From a virus (lineage: Duplodnaviria > Caudoviricetes): a DNA stretch of 63,739 bases. Made by a program: the position numbers and the translations under genes. The stretch covers positions 1 to 63,739 of IMG/VR virus record IMGVR_UViG_3300047560_001667. One strand, 5' to 3'. The notes below the pieces were generated by a model that was not told where the DNA came from, ran no database searches, and worked only from the letters and a program-made list of their open reading frames with translations. Positions 47,986 through 55,952 of the stretch are shown here, in pieces. Numbering within the stretch: the first letter of the stretch is position 1; every line of letters starts with the position of its first letter.

Positions 47986-48819
47986 ATGGCAAAGAAAATA
48001 GACATGGGACTCAACGCGCTTAACGCAGCTCAACCCTACAAGTACAAGCACACGCGATTAGCACGCGAACCATCGCAGTGGTTAACACCTACGCAATTGC
48101 GAAAATTACTTATTTACGATCCTGACACGGGCGTTTTTGAGTATAGAGAAAAAACACGCGGGCGATATAGAACCCCATTCAAAGGCACGCCTGTAGTAAA
48201 GAAAGCGTATAAACAAGAGCTTGCACGGGATGGAACGACCGTCATTGTCGATGACTTAGACAAGTCCGTCATTGAAGGCCTGCGCTTTAAGTATAAAAAT
48301 CACAATTACTTATGCCATCAAATGGCGTGGGCAATAGTGAAGGGGGAGTGGCGGCCAATCTATCACATCAACGGCAACAAGCTAGACAATCGATGGTGTA
48401 ATCTAACAGACGATAAACGCCTAGTGGATACCATTAAATCGAACCTACACGCCCACCACATCAAGCGATCACTTGAGATTACACGCGAGCACATCAAAGA
48501 AGATATGCGTTTGCGCCAAGAGAAGTACACCAACTACATCACAGACGGTGATAAGCTCATGTACAACCCTGACACGGGCGAATTCGCTTGGAAGCCTAAA
48601 CCCCCACACCATATCCCCAGATGGTCACACGGCACGTTTAATAAAACGGACGGATCACGCTACGTCACATTCAAAGATGAAGAGAACAAAGCCTGCATCG
48701 TTCCATGTCATTATGCTGCATGGATATGTATGACAGGGAGATATCCTGTTGGTCGTATTTATCACGCAGATAAAAACAAATCCAATAACGCGTGGGAAAA
48801 TTTAATTCTACGCACGTAA
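47986..48819 (+). CDS. tandem-duplicated HNH endonuclease-like protein
   Basis: Two units of Y(D/N)PDTG.F...H..AW....G..P...H...NK..N.W.NL. Confidence 0.8.
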   Translation: MAKKIDMGLNALNAAQPYKYKHTRLAREPSQWLTPTQLRKLLIYDPDTGVFEYREKTRGRYRTPFKGTPVVKKAYKQELARDGTTVIVDDLDKSVIEGLRFKYKNHNYLCHQMAWAIVKGEWRPIYHINGNKLDNRWCNLTDDKRLVDTIKSNLHAHHIKRSLEITREHIKEDMRLRQEKYTNYITDGDKLMYNPDTGEFAWKPKPPHHIPRWSHGTFNKTDGSRYVTFKDEENKACIVPCHYAAWICMTGRYPVGRIYHADKNKSNNAWENLILRT

Positions 48820-48904
48820 AATAAAATCCTAACTTCCGCACTCACTGCGGTCATTTACGGCAGTGAGTGATGCGGCAGTGGTTGCACGGCTAAAATGATA
48901 CAAA

Positions 48905-49220
48905 GAAAATTTGCTCACTACATTTACTCTTACTCACTAAAAACCCTTGTATTGCTCACTTAAGTAAACGTTTTTTTTTTTTCCTATATTTACCCTCTTT
49001 TTACCTATTTTTATCTATTTATACTATTTCTTATTTTTTATTATTTATTGTGAGATTAAGAGTAAATAATAGTATAAATATATAAAAATCAATAACTTAT
49101 AGATTACTCATAATAATTACTCACTATAAATGAGTAAAGAGTAATTTTTGATTTGTGAGTAAAGACCTTAAAAATGAAATGGTCTTTACTCACATTAGCA
49201 AAAAGCCCTTGTGAGTAAAA
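48905..49220. other. putative replication origin (AT-rich, (T/G)CTCAC/TACTCAC iterons, IHF site)
   Basis: Multiple TACTCAC/TGCTCAC and GTGAGTA copies; T-rich tract; AATCAATAACTTA at 49087-49099; lies next to the end of the primase-helicase gene. Confidence 0.6.
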
Positions 49221-49222
49221 AA

Positions 49223-51727
49223 CTAGAAGGGAATGTCCATTTTTTCGACATACATTTTTTCAAATCTGTCAAGTATTTCTGCCTCATCAACCTCAGACTT
49301 GTGCCATATGACACTCTGAATGCGAACACCATTTATCATTTTACTGATGCGATTAGGGAATTTTTGATAACCAAGCTCAAGCATAATTCGTTTCAAAGTA
49401 TTGGTCATAGGTAATTTATCCCCTGCACCACCCCCTGCACCAAAAAGATCATCTTCATGCTTTTTACGCAGTAAACTCACATCAACGACACGATCATTGA
49501 TTAGATGACAGGAATGATGTGCAATAGCGTCACGCACCACTTCAAGATCATGCGATACACCATAATCAATCATCATGCCGCGTGATGCTGTCACAGGCGC
49601 ACGACCCCTGCAATTAAAACGCTCACTAATCTTACGACCACTGTTTAAATACCATGCGATAGCGTCAATGCGACGAAGTGTCTCGCTAAACAGCTCAGCG
49701 AAATACGCCTCAACCCCATGCGCTCCACCAAAATGCTTAAACAACTGCGCTTCAGTTTGAAAACGCGAATACAAGATACCGTACCTGCGATCATTACCCG
49801 TAATCGGTATCGCATCTTGGTGATTAGTTAAAAGAAAATAGGAACAGAAATTAGGAACAGTTCGATGATCCCTCCCCTTCTGCTCTATCTGTACAGTGTC
49901 GTTAGTGATAAACGGTTTCATCTTATCCATCACTTCCCATCTATTCGACCCTGCTACGCGTATCTCTTCAACCACATTGACTGTCGAGCCGTAAGCCCAA
50001 CCCGTGAAGCGTTCTTGAATAGTAGATGCGTCAACCTTGTTAACATTACTACCAAGACATTCCTCAAGTACCTTTACAAAATACGATTTACCACAACCGT
50101 CCACACCTTGCAAAAGTAACGCCCACTGCACACGCTCACCTTCATTTCTAACCACATGACAAAGCCAATCAAGCAATATCTCTTGCTCACTTTCATCGAC
50201 CAGTATGTGCTTGACGTGAGCCACAAATAAATCAATGACGCGTGCACCGTCTTCATCAATGCCCACTTCACCCGCCTCAACATCAGGTTCATACGGTGCA
50301 ACACCTTGACGTGTGTACGTATTCGCCATGGATTTACCATTCATTACAAATATAGACTCACCGCGAGGCCAATACATCATGTCAACCACTGTCTGCAAAC
50401 GCCAGTCTGTGAGAGCCATTGATGCAGCGGTACGCTCCGCCACCAAGCATTCACCCTCTCTATCATACTTGGCATTGAACGCCTCTTTGCGTATAGCATA
50501 TCCCAAATCTAAATTAGCAAACTCACAAGTACTTTCAACATACACCCAACCATCAAGCCAACTCGGAGCTTCAACGCAAGTAGTCAGCTCACGCTTACGA
50601 GGCATCAGCTCACGAGCAATGGCAGCCTTGGTAACACCAACAGCTTTCCCCCATGTATTGAATATCTCTTGCGCTATCTGCTGACGCTTAGTCTGAGGAA
50701 CAACGTGCAAAGGTAACTTAACAAGCTTTGACTTCAACTCTTCAAATTGAACATCCGTGTAAACACCACCTCCCGCATCGAGATCCGACATCACAGACTC
50801 AACCATCGCTGAGCCAATGTCAGCGCCACTGTCCTTGACCATTTTAATAACAGATGCGAAGGTAACGGGATTGCGCACCTGACGAATGGTGTTGTACTTA
50901 TACTTAATCTCACGTAACTGAGCATCAGTTTGTGTGGGGTTGAGCGCTGTCCAGTCGTAGACTTTGTGATAACCTTTATCACTACCTCGATACTGATGAC
51001 GCAGCCCCTGTAGCACTCGAAACCACTCATCATAGTCGAGCCCCTCTGCTGGGAAAGCAGCGAGATACGCATCAACCTCAGCATCGCTGATATCAAGTGG
51101 CTCATGAGCAACCGCCATCTCAAGTGCGTTATCAACGCTATCCTCAATAGCCATCAATCCCTGTGAGATTTCCTCAGCAGTAAAGAAGCTATCATCAGTC
51201 ACTTGAAAATCACCCAGTGAACTCTCGCTGAACGTGAACGCACCATCAAGCGTCTTAACACAAGGCTTGTACATGAACTGAGAAGGCGTGGAAGAGCAAT
51301 CATCAAAACCATATTGTGGATAACTCGCTATGAACTTCTCAGCTAACTTCTCATACTCATCACCGCTAATATCACGCGACAAAGGAATGACAATACGAAA
51401 GCGCATCACATCAGCTGTGCTACGCCATGTAGAGTACACAACGTAATTAAAATTAAAGAGTGACAAGTCAAACTCAAGGTCAGTTAAATCACCCTCATAC
51501 TCATCAACGTCAACAGTAAGTAAACTGCGAAACATAAGGTTATCATCATTGCGATAATCATTTTTAAACTGACCACCAACGAGCCACCCAAACTGCTCCT
51601 TATCACTGCCAACTTTAAGCGTGCTGAGTGTGTTAACAATAGTCTTCCATGAGACTGATTTATGAGCACACTCAGCAATACTTAAAATCCCTGCACTAAT
51701 GGTGTACTTACGCATTATCACCCCCAC
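49223..51727 (-). CDS. primase-helicase (AEP-like N-terminus, PriCT-2, SF3/DUF5906-like helicase)
   Basis: LTVDVD...YST...RFRIVIPLSR; LDYDEWF.V; LQGVDGCGKS Walker A; VVEEI Walker B; LLTNH; DRRY. Confidence 0.85.
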   Translation of the reverse strand: MGVIMRKYTISAGILSIAECAHKSVSWKTIVNTLSTLKVGSDKEQFGWLVGGQFKNDYRNDDNLMFRSLLTVDVDEYEGDLTDLEFDLSLFNFNYVVYSTWRSTADVMRFRIVIPLSRDISGDEYEKLAEKFIASYPQYGFDDCSSTPSQFMYKPCVKTLDGAFTFSESSLGDFQVTDDSFFTAEEISQGLMAIEDSVDNALEMAVAHEPLDISDAEVDAYLAAFPAEGLDYDEWFRVLQGLRHQYRGSDKGYHKVYDWTALNPTQTDAQLREIKYKYNTIRQVRNPVTFASVIKMVKDSGADIGSAMVESVMSDLDAGGGVYTDVQFEELKSKLVKLPLHVVPQTKRQQIAQEIFNTWGKAVGVTKAAIARELMPRKRELTTCVEAPSWLDGWVYVESTCEFANLDLGYAIRKEAFNAKYDREGECLVAERTAASMALTDWRLQTVVDMMYWPRGESIFVMNGKSMANTYTRQGVAPYEPDVEAGEVGIDEDGARVIDLFVAHVKHILVDESEQEILLDWLCHVVRNEGERVQWALLLQGVDGCGKSYFVKVLEECLGSNVNKVDASTIQERFTGWAYGSTVNVVEEIRVAGSNRWEVMDKMKPFITNDTVQIEQKGRDHRTVPNFCSYFLLTNHQDAIPITGNDRRYGILYSRFQTEAQLFKHFGGAHGVEAYFAELFSETLRRIDAIAWYLNSGRKISERFNCRGRAPVTASRGMMIDYGVSHDLEVVRDAIAHHSCHLINDRVVDVSLLRKKHEDDLFGAGGGAGDKLPMTNTLKRIMLELGYQKFPNRISKMINGVRIQSVIWHKSEVDEAEILDRFEKMYVEKMDIPF

Positions 51728-51899
51728 TCAATCCTTGTTTAATCTTATTATATGTACCCACAGTGAGATTCGTCGCCCTACCGTGCTTAACATTCCAGAT
51801 GGTGACATAACTCACATCACACTGCTCACCTATCTGTCTAAGCGACTTATCATCGTAGGTCTTCAAGAGTTCTTGTAGCTCTTGCAAAAAATCATTCAT
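51708..51899 (-). CDS. HTH DNA-binding protein
   Basis: SLRQIGEQCDVSYVTIWNVKHG. Confidence 0.75.
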   Translation of the reverse strand: MNDFLQELQELLKTYDDKSLRQIGEQCDVSYVTIWNVKHGRATNLTVGTYNKIKQGLSGGDNA

Positions 51900-51991
51900 A
51901 AAAAAAAATCCTTGCGTTTATTGTTAAATGAGATTAACATCATATCGCAGTTTAATTTTTAGTCAAACAATTTATTTTTAGGAGTTACAAA

Positions 51992-52237
51992 ATGAAATAT
52001 ATACAAATACTGACATTGGATAATGAATACTTCAGTATAAACTTAGACCAACAAAGCTACATTAAGATTTCAGGCGATGATGAAGTGTTGTTTTTTAGTA
52101 ACAACTATCAATTAGTATTTACAAGTACTGAAAAGATAAGAGATATAACTGCCATCCGTATTAGTCAAGATACGATGGATATGCTTCAAGACGCAATAAT
52201 AGATGCGGTAGATATAATCACTGATCCTGATTGTTAA
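51992..52237 (+). CDS. hypothetical acidic protein
   Basis: AGGAG RBS; AT-rich; lies opposite and between two HTH genes. Confidence 0.65.
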   Translation: MKYIQILTLDNEYFSINLDQQSYIKISGDDEVLFFSNNYQLVFTSTEKIRDITAIRISQDTMDMLQDAIIDAVDIITDPDC

Positions 52238-52422
52238 CAAAGCTCAGTCGCTTTGAACTCCCCTGCTGTGATTTTCTCAATCTGTATAGCACGAGCAGGG
52301 GGGACAATGCCGCTGAGTATCCACGAGCTAACGGAGGCTCGTGTAACACCAAGCTCACGCGCCATAGCAGATTGATTCCCAAAGTAAGCGATAACAGCGG
52401 TGAGTTTGTTTTTATTTTTCAT
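52234..52422 (-). CDS. Cro/YdaS-like HTH regulator
   Basis: IAYFGNQSAMARELGVTRASVSSW...VPP.RAIQIE..T.G. Confidence 0.85.
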   Translation of the reverse strand: MKNKNKLTAVIAYFGNQSAMARELGVTRASVSSWILSGIVPPARAIQIEKITAGEFKATELC

Positions 52423-52498
52423 TAATATTTATCCTTGTCATTCAAAGTAAGTTAGGCTATGATTGACATTCTACTATAACAAAATTAAAAGGCAACAC

Positions 52499-52870
52499 AT
52501 GGCACGTACAATAATAAGCAAATACCTTGATCATAGTTTAACCAGAAAGCTATGCTTGAGTGGTACTCATCTTGATAAAGTATTAAACGAGTTAAACAAG
52601 TTAAAAACTGAGATGCTCATTGAGCATCAAAAATGTACAGCAGGGGCTGATCAAATACATATTAGGATTAGAATTCGACAAGGTGATGGTACTAGAAGTA
52701 CTGACGATCAAGATTGTTCATTGGCAAGTTTCTCATCACCTATTAAATCGGCTGACATAGAAGAAGTCACAGACTGGTATGCAATAATTGAATTGTATTC
52801 GATATGTCATATGGAAGGTGAAGATAACTATATAAGCTTAAAAGAAATAATTGAAATGGGTAAATCATGA
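52499..52870 (+). CDS. hypothetical protein
   Basis: AAAAGG before ATG 52499. Confidence 0.55.
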   Translation: MARTIISKYLDHSLTRKLCLSGTHLDKVLNELNKLKTEMLIEHQKCTAGADQIHIRIRIRQGDGTRSTDDQDCSLASFSSPIKSADIEEVTDWYAIIELYSICHMEGEDNYISLKEIIEMGKS

Positions 52871-53091
52871 AAACATATGAGCAGTGGCTTGACAACAAAC
52901 CCGATGACGAGGTGATGCGTAGTGCTTACGCTAACTACGTCAATGAAACAGTACGTAGTGGGTCAACGCGAACAGCGCCCATCATTAAACCACCACTCGA
53001 AGACCGAGTGGCATATTTAGAAAAAGAATTAAGAAAAACAATTGTCCAACTTGAAATACTTAAATTAAAATTTGCTGGAGAACTAAAATGA
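52867..53091 (+). CDS. hypothetical protein
   Basis: ATGA overlaps on both sides. Confidence 0.65.
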   Translation: MKTYEQWLDNKPDDEVMRSAYANYVNETVRSGSTRTAPIIKPPLEDRVAYLEKELRKTIVQLEILKLKFAGELK

Positions 53092-53486
53092 AACTAGAAA
53101 ATATGACCAACAAAGAACTTGCAAACTTCTTGCGAGCAATCTCAGCGTACACATCGAGCACTAGCTTTACAAAAGAAACCATTGACCTCATGGCTGATCT
53201 CCTTGATGCACTGGCTACCCCTGCTACCTCTACATCAGAAGTAACACCAGAAGCGCAAGAGTGCATCGACGCTAAAGAAGACCCAGCGCCTGAGCAACCA
53301 GCTGTGGAGCAAACACAAGTTATCAATAGACAAGATTTAAAAGACTTGTGCATGTCACTTGTGCGTGCTAACCCCGATATGAGACCCATCATTAAGAACA
53401 TCATTAGCGGGTATGGCGCAACGACTATTGATAAAGTCGTTGAAGCAGATTTACCTGCACTTAAATCTAAACTGGAGTCACTCTAA
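53088..53486 (+). CDS. conserved protein upstream of DUF2800
   Basis: Acidic Pro-rich linker and small helical C-terminus; typical position. Confidence 0.65.
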   Translation: MKLENMTNKELANFLRAISAYTSSTSFTKETIDLMADLLDALATPATSTSEVTPEAQECIDAKEDPAPEQPAVEQTQVINRQDLKDLCMSLVRANPDMRPIIKNIISGYGATTIDKVVEADLPALKSKLESL

Positions 53487-54592
53487 TGGCTGCCCATGCT
53501 GAGCTATCCGCGAGCGGTAGTGCAACGTGGCTCAACTGCGCAGGCTCAGTTGAAGCGCAGCGCCAGTATGCACGCACCAGCTCTCGCTTCGCTGATGAGG
53601 GTACAGCTGCACACTCTCTAGCCGATATTTGTTTAACTAAAGGCGTATCACCATTTGATTATGAGAATGTCTTAGATCCTGAGACAGGGATTACCATCAC
53701 ACATGAGATGTGCCTGCATGTGCAAACTTACTTAGACTACATCGCTGAGTTTTCTGGTGAGAAGTTTTTTGAGCAACGCGTAGACTACAGTGATTATGCA
53801 CCTGAAGGTTTTGGTACCGCTGACTGCATCATCATTGACGATACGACGCTGCATATCATTGATCTCAAGTACGGCAAAGGTATCAAGGTCTATGCTGATA
53901 GCACACAGTTATCTATCTATGCGCTCGGTGCTGTACATGAGTTCGGTTTTATCTACGATATTAAGACAATCAAAAAGCATATCGTGCAACCGCGTCTCGA
54001 TAACATCGATGAACACGAGATGACTATCGATGAACTATATCAATTCGGTGAAGAGGTGAAAGCAAAAGCTAAGCTCGCTATGCTACCCGATGCGCCGCGT
54101 ACACCTGGGGAGAAGCAATGCCAATGGTGTAGTCACAAAGCACGCTGCCCTGAGTTACTCAAACTAACGCAAGACACCTTGCTTGGTGACTTTGATAACT
54201 TGTCTCAGGTGAACACCTTATCCGATGAGCAGCTAAGCAATGCCCTCAGTAATGCAGCACTCATCAAGTCATGGCTCTCTGCTGTAGAAGATACCGTCAG
54301 AGCTAAGCTTGAGAACGGTGAAGCCTTTGATGGTTTTAAAATAGTTGAAGGTCGCAGCAGTCGTGAGTGGGCTGACCAGTCTATCGCTGAAGCGGTACTC
54401 TCTAAAGACTACGCTAACTACGAGCTGTATGAAACATCATTCATCTCTGTAGCTAAAGCTGAGAAGCTAGTGGGTAAGAAGAATATGGAAGAGCTTAATG
54501 CGATCATCATTAAAAAGTCTGGTAAGCCGACACTTGTACCGGCTTCAGATAAACGTCCTTCACTGGGTATCTGTGCAAACGACTTTGATTAA
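53486..54592 (+). CDS. DUF2800 PD-(D/E)xK (Cas4-like) nuclease
   Basis: HAELSAS...W.NC, EGTAAH, FGTAD.I...IIDLKYGKG, QL..YALG, CQWC....CP. Confidence 0.9.
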   Translation: MAAHAELSASGSATWLNCAGSVEAQRQYARTSSRFADEGTAAHSLADICLTKGVSPFDYENVLDPETGITITHEMCLHVQTYLDYIAEFSGEKFFEQRVDYSDYAPEGFGTADCIIIDDTTLHIIDLKYGKGIKVYADSTQLSIYALGAVHEFGFIYDIKTIKKHIVQPRLDNIDEHEMTIDELYQFGEEVKAKAKLAMLPDAPRTPGEKQCQWCSHKARCPELLKLTQDTLLGDFDNLSQVNTLSDEQLSNALSNAALIKSWLSAVEDTVRAKLENGEAFDGFKIVEGRSSREWADQSIAEAVLSKDYANYELYETSFISVAKAEKLVGKKNMEELNAIIIKKSGKPTLVPASDKRPSLGICANDFD

Positions 54593-54601
54593 AAATAAAA
54601 G

Positions 54602-54630
54602 TTGACACCTCAAAAGTGTCAGCGTACAAT
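54602..54630 (+). promoter_or_regulatory. sigma70 promoter with overlapping palindromic operator
   Basis: TTGACA-17 bp-TACAAT; TGACAC-N7-GTGTCA overlaps the -35. Confidence 0.7.
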
Positions 54631-54678
54631 TGACATCGGCAACTTAGCCAATACAACTTAATTTAAAAGGATACAATC

Positions 54679-55194
54679 ATGAGTTCTAAATTAAAATTAC
54701 AAAATGTACGTTTGTCTTTTCCATCTTTGTTTAACAAAGCTGTGTTCAACGGCAACGTAACAAAATATGAAGCCACATTTTTAATGCCTAAAGGTTCACC
54801 TCAGCACAAACAAACGCAAGCAGCCATCGATGCGTTCATTGCTGAGAAGTTCCAAGGCAAAGCCCCTAAAGGTTTGAAGATCACCGCTTTTACTGACGGT
54901 GATGAAAAAGATTATGATGGTTATGAAAACCAAATGGCGTTAAAAGGTGGTAGCACTAAGCGTGTACTGCTTATCGACAAAGACAAAACACCATTGACCG
55001 AAGAAGATGGCCGCCTCTATGCAGGTTGTTATGTCAACGCTATCGTGGAGTTTTGGTATAGTGACCATCCATTAGGTGGTAAACAGATTCTAGGCAACTT
55101 ACTTGGCGTTCAGTTCGCTAAAGATGGCGAACCGTTTGGTGATAACACCGGAGCAAGTATCGATGACTTTGATGAGATCGATGACGAGTTCTAA
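54679..55194 (+). CDS. DUF2815 single-stranded DNA-binding protein
   Basis: NVRLSFP.LF, DGD, YAGCYVNA, LLGVQFAKDGEPFG, acidic tail ending in F. Confidence 0.9.
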   Translation: MSSKLKLQNVRLSFPSLFNKAVFNGNVTKYEATFLMPKGSPQHKQTQAAIDAFIAEKFQGKAPKGLKITAFTDGDEKDYDGYENQMALKGGSTKRVLLIDKDKTPLTEEDGRLYAGCYVNAIVEFWYSDHPLGGKQILGNLLGVQFAKDGEPFGDNTGASIDDFDEIDDEF

Positions 55195-55204
55195 GTAATA
55201 CCTA

Positions 55205-55885
55205 TCTGCACCTCAGTAATGGGGTGCAGAGCTATCAGTGAAACATCCTGTATTTACTCTAGGGGCGTTTCTTGCTACAGACACACACTCAACCGCAGGG
55301 TGTTTCACTGATGGTTAACACCATAAAAGAGCAAACAGCATAGAAATATGCTCAATGGTTGTGCGGACGATGGGTGATATAGGACGCACTGACAGCTTGG
55401 AAAGACAAGCATTATCAAATACTATTTAATTGGGTGTAAAGCTCAGGGTTAATCGAAATGTCACTCGACGGAGTGAAAACTAGATTGCGATAATTTTAAT
55501 TAAACACCTAGATAGTGCGCATAACTAGGCAGTAATTAAAAGAATGCTAGAGCGTCCCATGTGATTGGGAAGGTCACCCGTGTGGGTCACCCAATTAAAT
55601 AGTATTTATGACAGCTTGGAAAGACAAGCACTATCAATGAGTAGGTTTGTGGGTGTCCTCACAGACCCAAAAAAGGTGTGAGCAGTCGTGTAATGATGTA
55701 GTTTCACGTTAAGTAACAGACTTACTCATTGATAGCTTGGAAAGACAAGCACTATGAATAAAAGCCGTTAGAAAAGGTGCATAAATACAAACAATTATGC
55801 TGGGCGTGAAGCGGCTTTTCTTGATAGTTCTAAGTAACATCTTTCTTTTAACCAAGACGATATATCAAGCGACTTAGTTCTATCA
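55205..55885 (+). ncRNA. putative array of structured ncRNA cassettes delimited by a conserved hairpin repeat
   Basis: Four approx. 20-bp closing stems with G-U pairs on the + strand; three 28-nt repeats; no ORF of 60 aa or more in about 750 bp. Confidence 0.65.
55390..55757 (+). repeat. three copies of TGAYAGCTTGGAAAGACAAGCAYTATSA
   Basis: 55390-55417, 55609-55636, 55730-55757. Confidence 0.92.
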
Positions 55886-55889
55886 TCAC

Positions 55890-55927
55890 AACCTCTATGC
55901 TTTCCTCTATGAGCATAGAGGTTTTTT
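55890..55927 (+). terminator. intrinsic terminator closing the ncRNA region
   Basis: AACCTCTATGCT...AGCATAGAGGTT followed by TTTT. Confidence 0.8.
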
Positions 55928-55952
55928 CACATCTATTATAAGGATACCCCTT

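Noticed and set aside
48839-48869. Type I-F CRISPR repeat mimic (minus strand TCACTGCCGTA)
   Set aside because: Only about 11 nt match; the Cas6f stem-loop and 3' handle are absent; explained as a simple hairpin.
51708-52422. Lysogeny switch / temperate module
   Set aside because: Cro-like and HTH genes are present, but I recognised no CI with a peptidase domain, integrase or ParA; lifestyle remains undetermined.
55390-55757. CRISPR mini-array or TIGR-type array
   Set aside because: Intervening sequences are 93 and 191 bp, unequal and self-complementary; no recognisable Cas or Nop-domain partner. DUF2800 is a routine replication-module nuclease.
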